DNA from: Verrucomicrobiota bacterium
GTDB lineage: Bacteria; Verrucomicrobiota; Verrucomicrobiia; Limisphaerales; Palsa-1400
Length of the DNA stretch: 64,000 nt
Direction: 5' to 3'
Assembly: GCA_049510745.1 (NCBI GenBank)
Contig: JBEKYR010000001.1
Coordinates: 224,001-288,000 of the forward strand
In this document: piece after piece, positions 9,529 through 21,456 of the stretch
How the letters are laid out: every line of letters starts with the position of its first letter
Numbering within the stretch: position 1 is the stretch's first letter
Position numbers and translations under genes: made by a program
Notes under the pieces: generated by a model
What the model was told of the DNA's origin: nothing
Databases searched by the model: none
What the model saw: only the letters and a program-made list of their open reading frames with translations

Positions 9529-11765
9529 AAAGACGGCGATTCTTCGTTGGGCTGGGCGTGATGATATTGGTGATCCTGAGCGGGCCGATCCTGGTCTCCT
9601 TCGTGCCCTTACCGCCGGCCTTGTTCACCCCTCCCCGTCCAGCCGTCGAGTTGTTGGACCGGAACGGAGAGCCACTGCGCCTGACCCGCGACGGCGACCG
9701 CCCTTTTCAGCAATATGCTGGGCTGTCGGAAATGCCCCAGGCGCTGGTCAGTGCAACGCTGGCGGCCGAGGACAGCCGGTTTTGGAGTCATCATGGCGTG
9801 GATTGGCGGGCGGACTTGCGCGCCGGTTGGCAATTGATTTGGAACCGGCGCATCATCTCAGGAGCTTCGACCATCACGCAGCAGTTGATCAAGTTAAGCG
9901 CGCCGCGGCCGCGGACGTTCAAGGCCAAAATCATCGAGACAGCGCAGGCGTTGCGCCTGGAGCAAATCTGGGACAAGCAGCGGATTTTGACCGAGTACCT
10001 GAATCGGGTTGATTACGGCAACTACAACTGCGGCTGTGTGGCGGCGGCCCAATTCTACTTCGCCAAACCGCCGCGCGATTTGAGCACGGCCGAGTGCGCG
10101 TTGCTGGCCGGATTGCCGCAGTCCCCATCGCGATTGAATCCGCGCACGCATTTCGCCCGCGCCCTTCGCCGACAAGTTTGGATTCTGACGCGCATGAACA
10201 AGGAGGGTTGGCTGGCCGCTGATGAATTCCAACGGGCTTTGCAGGAGCCGCTACGCCTGGCTCATGGCGGCCGCGTCTTCGAGGCACCCCATTTTGTGGA
10301 TTTGCTGTTAGAACAGGGAGGCGTGGCGGCGGGCAATTCCAGCGTCCGCACCACGCTGGACCTGCGTCTCAATCGCTTCGCCGGGCAAATCCTGCGTCGG
10401 CAGCTTGGCGCGTTGCAGGCCGAACACGCCGGCGAGGGCGCCATTGTGGTCATCGAAAATCAAACCGGCAACCTGCTCGCCCTGGTTGGATCGCGCGATT
10501 ATTTTTCGGCGCAGTCCGGGCAAGTCGATGGCGCCTTGGCGCCACGCTCAACCGGATCGGCGTTGAAACCGTTCCTGTACTGGCTGGCGTTCGAACGGGG
10601 CGCGACGCCCGCCTCCATCGTGCCCGATGTTCCAACGGATTTTGCCACCAGCACCGGCTTGTTCTCGCCTGTCAACTATGATCGCCATTGTTACGGCCCC
10701 GTGCGCTATCGCGTGGCCCTGGCCAATTCGCTCAACATTTCGGCGGTGAAGATTCTTGATTCGTTGGGTGGAGCGGGGCCGCTGCTTGATTTGCTGCGGC
10801 GCTGCCGTCTCTCCACGCTGACCCGTGCGGACAACAACTATGGACTCGGTCTTGCCATCGGCAACGCGGAAGCGCGCCTGCTCGAACTGGCCAATGCCTA
10901 CGCCAGCCTGGCCCGTTTGGGCGTCTGTCGGCCGTACCGCCTACTGCCATCCGCAGACAGCCAGAACGCCGGCGAGCGCGTTGGCGACGCTGACGCCGCA
11001 TGGCTGATCGCCGACATTCTGAGTGACAATGACGCCCGTGCGGCCGCTTTCGGCCCGGAATCCTCATTGCGTTTTGATTTTCCAGTGGCCTGCAAAACGG
11101 GCACCAGTTCGAATTTCCGGGACAATTGGGCCTTTGGTTACACGCCGGAATTCACCGTGGGAATTTGGGTGGGGAATTTTGACGGCTCGCCCATGCGGCA
11201 CATCTCCGGCGTCACAGGCGCGGCGCCCATTCTGCACGATCTCTTCGATTATCTGCATTCCCAATACGGCACAACTTGGTATGCCCGCCCCGCAGACATC
11301 GTGGAACGTAGGATCGATCCTCTCAGAGGCAATCTCTCCTCCAAACAAGATGCTGTCAGCGAAAGATTCATGGCCACTGTCCTGCCACCTGCAAACAGGG
11401 CCGACGACTACGACGACGCTGGGTGTGTCCGCCTTGGCCCGGAATATCGGCAATGGCTGGCCAGCGCGGACAATTGGCTGGCTGGCCGGGCCGTCTTGCG
11501 CGAAACTGGGCAAGACCTGCGCGTCACATTCCCGTTGCCCGGCACCATTCTCTTTCTCGACCCTGACCTTCCGGACCACGGTCGCCGGCTCTATCTGACC
11601 AGCCAGGGGACGGACGAGGCCGAGTGGTCCAGCGATTCTCTGGAGTGCCTCCGGCAAGGCGATCGGAGTCTGGCCCTCCTGGCATTGGGCCAGCACGAAT
11701 TGACCGTGCGCGACCCGCGCACCGGCGCCACGCGGCAAACCTGGATCGAAGTCAAAGAACGGTGA
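9525..11765 (+). CDS. pbpC: Penicillin-binding protein 1C (transglycosylase/transpeptidase)
   Basis: ATGA overlap with the A2M stop; AEDSRFWSHHGVD, GASTITQQL, SALK, SLN and KTGTS motifs; canonical A2M-pbpC pairing. Confidence 0.92.
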   Translation: MKRRRFFVGLGVMILVILSGPILVSFVPLPPALFTPPRPAVELLDRNGEPLRLTRDGDRPFQQYAGLSEMPQALVSATLAAEDSRFWSHHGVDWRADLRAGWQLIWNRRIISGASTITQQLIKLSAPRPRTFKAKIIETAQALRLEQIWDKQRILTEYLNRVDYGNYNCGCVAAAQFYFAKPPRDLSTAECALLAGLPQSPSRLNPRTHFARALRRQVWILTRMNKEGWLAADEFQRALQEPLRLAHGGRVFEAPHFVDLLLEQGGVAAGNSSVRTTLDLRLNRFAGQILRRQLGALQAEHAGEGAIVVIENQTGNLLALVGSRDYFSAQSGQVDGALAPRSTGSALKPFLYWLAFERGATPASIVPDVPTDFATSTGLFSPVNYDRHCYGPVRYRVALANSLNISAVKILDSLGGAGPLLDLLRRCRLSTLTRADNNYGLGLAIGNAEARLLELANAYASLARLGVCRPYRLLPSADSQNAGERVGDADAAWLIADILSDNDARAAAFGPESSLRFDFPVACKTGTSSNFRDNWAFGYTPEFTVGIWVGNFDGSPMRHISGVTGAAPILHDLFDYLHSQYGTTWYARPADIVERRIDPLRGNLSSKQDAVSERFMATVLPPANRADDYDDAGCVRLGPEYRQWLASADNWLAGRAVLRETGQDLRVTFPLPGTILFLDPDLPDHGRRLYLTSQGTDEAEWSSDSLECLRQGDRSLALLALGQHELTVRDPRTGATRQTWIEVKER

Positions 11766-11901
11766 TGTCCGCCAACTCCGTGATTGGCACGGTAATTACG
11801 TCTAATGTCCCGATGGCCCATCGCTCGGAATCGCTTGGAGCAGCCCTCGACAGTTTTATCGCCTTCGATAGAACTCCTCAAATAGGCATTTGGCTTAATG
11901 T

Positions 11902-12675
11902 ATGACTCCTGAACAACACGCACGTCGCTTGGTCACTGAAAAGTGCCTCATTGCAACGGATGTCGACCAAACAATTTTGGCCCAGACGAAAGATCGCCTG
12001 GAAGAAAGGCTTACTTTCTTCAGACAGTTGGCGCCTCAACTTGTGGAAGCCGCCCGGCTCGGAGGACACGTTGGTTTTATCACCGGAAACAGCATGCATG
12101 AGTTGTGCTCGCGTTTTCTCGACTTATTGGTGGAGCCCCTTTGCTACACGGGGGATTTGAAGGTGATTTCTCGCTTCCATTTTTTCTGCAATTCCAGGGG
12201 AATCTATTTCCATTTTCCAAGCACAGTTGTTGACCAGGCAATCCAACGCACGGCTGAACACCCAGGACGGCTCCGAAACAATTTCTGGCACGCCATAACA
12301 ATTTCCAAAGGGAGTGAATTGCATGTCCATTCTCAGTTTGTTGACTCTGGCTATGTTACTCGATCGCTCATTCCCAGCAGTGATTCTACAATGATCGATT
12401 CTGTTTTGCGAAAAGTCGCTCAAAGCTACGTGCAAGATCTGAACTCTAGACGCCAGGACTATGAGCAGAAGTACGATCTCGCATGGGTGCTCGAGAAAAA
12501 CGGCAGCATAACGGAACCGAAGGTGGAATTGCGCTCCGCCACGTATCGATGCGCTTCATCAGAAGAGATTGCGACGGTTCAGATTACCGTGATGGTCGGG
12601 TGCGGTGCGGGCGCATCTCACTGTTTGGACTCGTGCCCTCGCGATGAGTGGCCAGCCTCCATCCGCCGAGGATAA
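11902..12675 (+). CDS. HAD-superfamily-like protein, probably truncated
   Basis: LIATDVDQT (DxDxT motif I) and ITGN (motif II); later HAD motifs not seen; visibly more AT-rich than flanks. Confidence 0.45.
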   Translation: MTPEQHARRLVTEKCLIATDVDQTILAQTKDRLEERLTFFRQLAPQLVEAARLGGHVGFITGNSMHELCSRFLDLLVEPLCYTGDLKVISRFHFFCNSRGIYFHFPSTVVDQAIQRTAEHPGRLRNNFWHAITISKGSELHVHSQFVDSGYVTRSLIPSSDSTMIDSVLRKVAQSYVQDLNSRRQDYEQKYDLAWVLEKNGSITEPKVELRSATYRCASSEEIATVQITVMVGCGAGASHCLDSCPRDEWPASIRRG

Positions 12676-12994
12676 ATGACGAATTTCAATGGCCTAATGA
12701 TAACTTGGTGTCCCAAGACGCGGTTGGCGTTGGAAACAATATCGCTGGCGGCGGAATCGAAGCCGAGGAGCGGCGTCTGATAACGATACCAATCGCCCAA
12801 TCAATTTACTGGAACCCGGCCTATCCCTCATATACGATGATCGTCATATTGCGGCGTCGGCCTCTAATCGTGAGACTTCACCCGGCAGTTGACGCCACAA
12901 TGCGCCTTCCGGCGGCCATGATCCACCGGCTCCGTACCGGCGGTCGGCGTTTTTTGTTGCGCGGCGCCGGTAACGGCACTTGTATCGTCTCGAA

Positions 12995-15340
12995 ATGAAA
13001 ATCTGCACCCACCGACTGGTTTGTTCTGTAATTCTCATGGTTTGCTCCGGTGTGGGGTCTGCCGCCGAGCCTCAATTCACCGGAAACGCAGCCGCGCCCC
13101 GCGAACCTCTGAGCCTGTGGTACCGCCAACCGGCGGCCAAATGGGTGGAGGCGCTTCCTCTCGGCAACGGACGAATCGGCGCGATGGTTTTTGGCGGAAT
13201 CACCCGCGAGCGGCTCCAGTTGAATGAGGACACACTCTGGGCCGGGGGACCTTACGACCCGGTCAACCCTGAAGCCAAGGCGGCCCTTCCCGAAGCGCGC
13301 CAGTTGGTGTTCGAAGGCAAATACCGTGAAGCCGCCAAGCTCATCAGCAGGCGGGTGATCTCCAAACCCGCAGGCCAGATGCCCTACGAACCGGTGGGCG
13401 ATTTGATTCTCACGTTTCCCGACACGCCCTCCGTCGAGAATTACCGGCGCGACCTCAACCTGGACACAGCCATGGCGACCGTTGAGTATATCGACCGGGG
13501 GACTCGATTCCTGCGGCAGGTCTTTGCCAGCCCAGCGGATCAGGTCATCGTTGTCCGTCTGACTGCCGACCAAAAGGGCGCGATCTCATTTACCGCCGAA
13601 TTGGAAACGCCCCAAAGAGCTGCGATTGAAACGGAATCGGGCAACACTCTGGTGATGCGTGGCGTCAATGGGGATTCGCAGGGAATTCGCGGCGCGCTCA
13701 AATTTCAGGCGCGCGTCCGGGTGCTGGTCGATGGCGGAACCATCAGTGCCGCTTCCAATGCGGTCGCTGTCGCCAAGGCGGATTCAGCCATCCTTCTTAT
13801 CGCGGCGGCAACGAGCTGCCGAAATTACCAGGACGTGAGCGGTGATCCGGAAGCCATTGTCAAAAGCCAAATCGCGGCTGCTGAATCCAGGCGCTTTGAT
13901 GCGTTGCTCGCGCGGCACATCCAGGAACATCAGCGGCTCTTTCACCGTGTGTCCCTCGATCTGGGCGCTACCGATGCCGTCAAGTTGCCGACCGATGAGC
14001 GCATCCGGAATTTCCGGAACGGCAACGATCCGCAGTTTGCGGCGCTGTACTTTCAGTTCGGGCGCTACTTGCTGATCAGCTCTTCGCGTCCCGGAGGTCA
14101 GGCGGCAAATCTGCAGGGCCTCTGGAATGAAAGCATGAATCCGCCGTGGCAAAGCAAATACACCATCAACATCAACACGGAGATGAACTATTGGCCGGCC
14201 GAGCCGTGCAACCTTGCCGAATGCACAGAGCCGCTCATTGCGATGGTGAAGGATCTTTCTCAGACCGGCGCGCGAACCGCCGGGGAGATGTATGGCGCGC
14301 GCGGCTGGGTTGCCCACCACAATACGGACCTCTGGCGGGCAACCGGCCCCATCGACGGCCCGGAGTGGGGCATGTGGCCGATGGGCGGCGCATGGCTTTG
14401 CGATCACCTCTGGGATCATTACGAATTCAGTGGTGACAAGGAATATCTCAAGGAGGTGTATCCCATTATGCGCGGCGCGGCGCAATTCTTCCTCGATACT
14501 CTTCTCGAGGAGCCCACACACAAATGGCTTGTCACCAATCCGTCCATTTCCCCGGAGAACCAGCATCCGTTTGGATCTGCCGTTTGCGCGGGGCCGGCCC
14601 TGGACTCCGAGATTCTCCGGGACTTGTTTTCGCATTGCATTGACGCGTCCAGAATTCTGGATACCGACGCGGAATTCAGGAAGCAGTTGGAGCAGACCCG
14701 GGCACGCCTTGCCCCGCTTCAAATCGGGAAGAAAGGGCAGTTGCAGGAGTGGCTTGAGGACTGGGATGCGCAGGCGCCGGAGCAACAACACCGCCATATT
14801 TCCCATCTGTATGCGCTCTATCCGGGCGCGCAGATTACGCCTCGTGGCACGCCGGAGCTGGCCGATGCTGCCAAAGTCACTCTCAACACGCGCGGCGACA
14901 TCACGACCGGCTGGGCAATCGCCTGGCGCATCAACTGTTGGACCCGACTCCATGATGGCGACCGCGCGTACAGCATTCTCAATCACCTGTTCGATCCGAC
15001 GCGGACGTATCCGAACCTGTTCGATGCGCACCCGCCGTTTCAGATTGACGGCAACTTTGGCGGCGCCTCCGCGATAGCCGAAATGCTGCTGCAGAGTCAC
15101 ACCGGCGAAATCGAACTGCTGCCCGCACTGCCCAGCGTCTGGGCCGCCGGCCGCGTCTCAGGCTTGCGCGCACGTGGCGGCTTCGAAATTGAAATTGCTT
15201 GGGACGGCGGCAAGCTGGCCAGTGTCAAAATCCGATCGGTGGGAGGACGCAACGCAGTCGTCCGATATGGCAGCCGCACGGCAAAAATCGAACTGAAAAA
15301 TGGCGAGGGAGTTCAACTCAACTCCGAACTTCGACCTTGA
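12995..15340 (+). CDS. GH95 glycoside hydrolase (alpha-L-fucosidase/alpha-L-galactosidase family), secreted
   Basis: ALPLGNGRIGAMVFG, FQFGRYLLISSSR, NINTEMNYW, HRHISHL and HPPFQIDGNFG motifs; signal peptide. Confidence 0.93.
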   Translation: MKICTHRLVCSVILMVCSGVGSAAEPQFTGNAAAPREPLSLWYRQPAAKWVEALPLGNGRIGAMVFGGITRERLQLNEDTLWAGGPYDPVNPEAKAALPEARQLVFEGKYREAAKLISRRVISKPAGQMPYEPVGDLILTFPDTPSVENYRRDLNLDTAMATVEYIDRGTRFLRQVFASPADQVIVVRLTADQKGAISFTAELETPQRAAIETESGNTLVMRGVNGDSQGIRGALKFQARVRVLVDGGTISAASNAVAVAKADSAILLIAAATSCRNYQDVSGDPEAIVKSQIAAAESRRFDALLARHIQEHQRLFHRVSLDLGATDAVKLPTDERIRNFRNGNDPQFAALYFQFGRYLLISSSRPGGQAANLQGLWNESMNPPWQSKYTININTEMNYWPAEPCNLAECTEPLIAMVKDLSQTGARTAGEMYGARGWVAHHNTDLWRATGPIDGPEWGMWPMGGAWLCDHLWDHYEFSGDKEYLKEVYPIMRGAAQFFLDTLLEEPTHKWLVTNPSISPENQHPFGSAVCAGPALDSEILRDLFSHCIDASRILDTDAEFRKQLEQTRARLAPLQIGKKGQLQEWLEDWDAQAPEQQHRHISHLYALYPGAQITPRGTPELADAAKVTLNTRGDITTGWAIAWRINCWTRLHDGDRAYSILNHLFDPTRTYPNLFDAHPPFQIDGNFGGASAIAEMLLQSHTGEIELLPALPSVWAAGRVSGLRARGGFEIEIAWDGGKLASVKIRSVGGRNAVVRYGSRTAKIELKNGEGVQLNSELRP

Positions 15341-15345
15341 AAACT

Positions 15346-15379
15346 TTCAAGCCTCCGGCTCTGCCGGAGGTCGCTGACT
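15346..15379 (+). repeat. Hairpin resembling an IS200/IS605-type end or terminator
   Basis: TTCAAG-CCTCCGGC-TCT-GCCGGAGG-TCGCTGACT: perfect 8-bp stem just after the GH95 stop. Confidence 0.45.
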
Positions 15380-15544
15380 CTTTCGCCGGAGTCGGCGGGA
15401 ATCTTCTGTCGGCGGGAATCTTCTTGCTTTGTGGCCGCCTGGTCCCCAACTTAACCGATGCGAAAACATATTGAACAATCCATTCAAATGAGAACGTTAT
15501 TCGCTGAGGCGAAGAAGGCAGCCTTTCCAAGTGACCGACTTGCC

Positions 15545-16603
15545 ATGAAACGCAGCATCTGTGCAGCTTTTGTCCCTGAATCACTCAACCTCCAACGCTT
15601 TTGCGCATTCGGCTTTGTTCCGCTCCTGATCGCGGCTGCGGCAACTGCCCAAGTGCCCGATGGCGCGAGAACCGATGGTGGGCCAGCAGCCAATCCGCCC
15701 GCAGCAACCAATGCCCCGGCGAATCCTGCTCGCCGGAACCTTGGAGGATTCGGCTTCGGTCGTCCTGCGCCGTTGCCTGCCGGTATTAAAGCCGAGCGAA
15801 ACATTCCCTACGTCGAGAACGGCCACCCCAATCAGGTCTTGGATCTTTTCCTGCCCGAGCAACCCTCCGATAAACCTTTGCCGCTGATGATCTGGATTCA
15901 CGGCGGCGCGTGGATGGGCGGCAGCCAGGCCAGTCCGCCCGTGCTGTATTTGGTGAGCAGGGGCTTTGCCGTGGCCAGCATCCAGCACCGGTTCTCTCAG
16001 GACGCCGTCTGGCCGGCGCAATCTTACGATTGCAAGGCGGCCATTCGCTTCCTCCGCGCCAACGCGGCCAAATACAACCTCGACGCCGATCACTTCGGTG
16101 TGGGCGGCGATTCCTCGGGCGGACATCTCGCCGCGTTTGTCGGCACCAGCGGCGATGTGAAAGAAATGGAAGGCGACCTGGGCAACACCAATGTCTCCAG
16201 CCGCGTGCAGGCCGTCGTGGATTGGTTCGGCCCCACCGACTTCACGCTCATGGCGCAGCAGTCAGGCCCCCACAGCATGATCCAGCACGAGACGCCCAAT
16301 TCGCCCGAAGCACGCCTTCTGGGCGGCCGGGTGCAAGAGAAGCCCGATTTGGCCAAGACGGCAAATCCGTTGACCTACATTGACAAGAACGATCCTCCTT
16401 TCTTGATCATGCATGGCGACAACGATCAATTGGTTCCGCTGGGACAGAGCGTTATCCTGGCCAAGGCGTTGATTGACGCCGGCGTCGAGGTGACCATGAA
16501 AACGATCGCCGGCGCCGGTCACGAAGGCCCGCAGTTCCGCAACGCGGAAAGCCGGCGGCTGATTGAGGAATTCCTTTCACGAAAGCTCAAGGTGGACAAG
16601 TGA
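15545..16603 (+). CDS. Alpha/beta-hydrolase carboxylesterase (BD-FAE-like)
   Basis: WIHGGAW oxyanion motif, GDSSGG nucleophile, HGDND and GAGH; start codon uncertain (15458/15488/15545). Confidence 0.85.
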   Translation: MKRSICAAFVPESLNLQRFCAFGFVPLLIAAAATAQVPDGARTDGGPAANPPAATNAPANPARRNLGGFGFGRPAPLPAGIKAERNIPYVENGHPNQVLDLFLPEQPSDKPLPLMIWIHGGAWMGGSQASPPVLYLVSRGFAVASIQHRFSQDAVWPAQSYDCKAAIRFLRANAAKYNLDADHFGVGGDSSGGHLAAFVGTSGDVKEMEGDLGNTNVSSRVQAVVDWFGPTDFTLMAQQSGPHSMIQHETPNSPEARLLGGRVQEKPDLAKTANPLTYIDKNDPPFLIMHGDNDQLVPLGQSVILAKALIDAGVEVTMKTIAGAGHEGPQFRNAESRRLIEEFLSRKLKVDK

Positions 16604-16677
16604 CCGACACCTTCGTTCGTCACCCATGTGTTATGGCAAGAGTCCCCCAATTTACTCAAACAAATTTTTTTGTTCAT

Positions 16678-19208
<2,531 letters not shown>

Positions 19209-19234
19209 AAACGTCGGCCTATCCTTGCAATCCT

Positions 19235-21310
19235 GTGAAACGTCTCCTGTTCAAAATAATCTTCCTCACCGCCGCCTGGGCAGCCCAGGCGCAGTCCACA
19301 ACTCCTGTTGCCAACATTGACGCTGCCAAGCCGGGCCCGCCGATTTCTCCTTACGTTTACGGCCAGTTCCTCGAACACATTGGCAGCCTCATTTACAGCA
19401 GCCTCTGGAGCGAGATGCTCGATGACCGCAAGTTCTATTACGACGTGATGCTCAAACCAGCGGAAGCTCCCAACGCCGGCCAGCGTGGCGGGCCCGGTGG
19501 TTTCGGTCCAGGCCGCCGCCGCAATGTCGGGCCGGGACGGTGGAATCCGATCGGCCCGGTTGATTCCGTCGTCATGGACGCCAGCAATCCTTTCGTCGGT
19601 GATCACACGCCGTGGATCAAACTCGCCGGCTCCGAGCCTCGCGGCATCCGTCAGACCGGCGTTAATTTCACCCAGGGCGTCACCTACAATGGCCGCTTCC
19701 AGTTGGCCGGTGATCCCGGCGCGAAAGTTTCCGTCAACCTCGTCTGGGGCACCAATGACGGCGCGGCGCGCCAGACTGTTTCACTGGGCGAATTAAGCCC
19801 GGACTACAAGAGTTTTACGTTCTCATTCACGGCCGAAAACTCCGGCGCGGCACAAGTCGAAATCAGCGGCGCCGGCGCCGGGTCGTTCCACATTGGCGCG
19901 GTTTCCCTCATGCCCGCCGACAACCTCGACGGCTTCCGCCCCGATGCCATCGCCGTCCTCAAGAGCCTCCGCTCCGGCGTTTACCGCTTCCCCGGCGGCA
20001 ACTTTGTCTCCGCCCACGAATGGCGCAATGCCATTGGCGATCCCGACAAACGTCCGCCTGTCTATGATCCTGTTTGGCGCGCACTTCAACCCAACGACAT
20101 CGGCACTGACGAGTTCATGACCCTGTGCAAACTCCTCGGCGTCGAGCCTTACATCACTCTCAACGCCGGCCTTGGCGACGAGTGGTCCGCCGCTCAATAT
20201 GTCGAATACGCCAACGGCTCCGTCTCCACACCGATGGGCAGGTTGCGCGCCGGCAACGGCCATCCCGAACCTTATCACGTGAAGTTCTGGGGTATCGGCA
20301 ACGAAGCCTGGGGTTTCAGTTACCAGTATGGCGCCATGAAGCTCAATCAGTTTGAGTTTAAGCACAACCAGTTTGCCAGGGCCATGAAGCAAGCGGACCC
20401 GGCCATCAAACTGATCGCCTGCGGCGCCATGCCGGACACGATGACCGGTTCCAAGGAATCGTTGAACTTGGGCACCAATCTGGTTCCACCTTACCTCTCA
20501 CCGGCGGACTGGACCGGCGGACTGCTTTCAAACTGTTTCAACAACATTGATCTCATCAGCGAACACTTTTACAACTATGGCAACACACACTTCAGCCTCG
20601 CCGAAGGCCGCCAGGTGCCGAATGATCCCAACGAACCCGTCACGGACTGGATGCGCCGCCCGGCCAACCATATCCGCATCAAATACGAGGAATACAAGGA
20701 TTACGAGAAAATCTTTCCGCAGCTCGTTACCCGTCCGAAGCCGCTGAACATTGATGAATGGGCTTACATGGGCGGCCGTCATCCGGTTTACCCATCCTAC
20801 GCCTGGGTCTTCCATGAAATGTTCCGCCACTCGGACATGTTTCAAATGGCGGCTTACACCTTTGCCACCTCGCTGCTGGCGCGGGATGGAACGAACGTCT
20901 CGCTCAATGCCAACGGCCTCGTTTTCAAAATCTACCGCGACCACTTTGGTTCGATCCCAGTCGATGTTTCCGGCAACTCGCCGCAACCCAAACCCACCGA
21001 TCCTCCGGGCGGCGAGCAACCCGTGGTTAACGCCGGCAGCGACACCTTTCCTGTCGATGTCGCCGCGGCTTGGACCGAAGATCATCGTGCTCTTACAGTG
21101 GCTGTCTTGAATCCCACCGATGTGGATCAACCGCTCAAGCTCAATGTCACCGGCGCCGCGCTTTCCGGCAAGGGCACCCTGTGGCGGCTTGCGTCCGCTG
21201 GCAACAGCGGCCAGAATCCCAGCATCAGCAATTCCCCGGTTGATGCCGTCCCCGATTCGCTCACCCTGCCGCCGTTCAGCGTGAATATCTACGAGCTCAC
21301 GGTGAGATAA
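19235..21310 (+). CDS. GH51 alpha-L-arabinofuranosidase
   Basis: YGQFLEH, RFPGGNF, GTDEF, WGIGNE and DEW motifs; GTG start giving a signal peptide. Confidence 0.9.
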   Translation: MKRLLFKIIFLTAAWAAQAQSTTPVANIDAAKPGPPISPYVYGQFLEHIGSLIYSSLWSEMLDDRKFYYDVMLKPAEAPNAGQRGGPGGFGPGRRRNVGPGRWNPIGPVDSVVMDASNPFVGDHTPWIKLAGSEPRGIRQTGVNFTQGVTYNGRFQLAGDPGAKVSVNLVWGTNDGAARQTVSLGELSPDYKSFTFSFTAENSGAAQVEISGAGAGSFHIGAVSLMPADNLDGFRPDAIAVLKSLRSGVYRFPGGNFVSAHEWRNAIGDPDKRPPVYDPVWRALQPNDIGTDEFMTLCKLLGVEPYITLNAGLGDEWSAAQYVEYANGSVSTPMGRLRAGNGHPEPYHVKFWGIGNEAWGFSYQYGAMKLNQFEFKHNQFARAMKQADPAIKLIACGAMPDTMTGSKESLNLGTNLVPPYLSPADWTGGLLSNCFNNIDLISEHFYNYGNTHFSLAEGRQVPNDPNEPVTDWMRRPANHIRIKYEEYKDYEKIFPQLVTRPKPLNIDEWAYMGGRHPVYPSYAWVFHEMFRHSDMFQMAAYTFATSLLARDGTNVSLNANGLVFKIYRDHFGSIPVDVSGNSPQPKPTDPPGGEQPVVNAGSDTFPVDVAAAWTEDHRALTVAVLNPTDVDQPLKLNVTGAALSGKGTLWRLASAGNSGQNPSISNSPVDAVPDSLTLPPFSVNIYELTVR

Positions 21311-21456
21311 TTAGCTCCACCATGGCGCCGGTTTTTCCAACGAGTCGCCGGTTGATTGCTCGCGAGCAAAGTCGCCGGCATGTTGTATCTGATTCGGGCG
21401 GTTTAACGCTGCCTCGTCGGATTCCCCATCCCCGCCTCACAACTATAGCAGATCGA

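Noticed and set aside
11785..11800. Possible sigma-54 promoter TGGCACGGTAATTAC
   Set aside because: The -12 element is TTAC rather than TTGC; too weak to call.
13784..15100. 438-aa minus-strand ORF and similar long antisense ORFs (e.g. 23565-24863, 26888-28165, 46349-47599, 61344-62612)
   Set aside because: Each lies opposite a well-supported gene and lacks family motifs.
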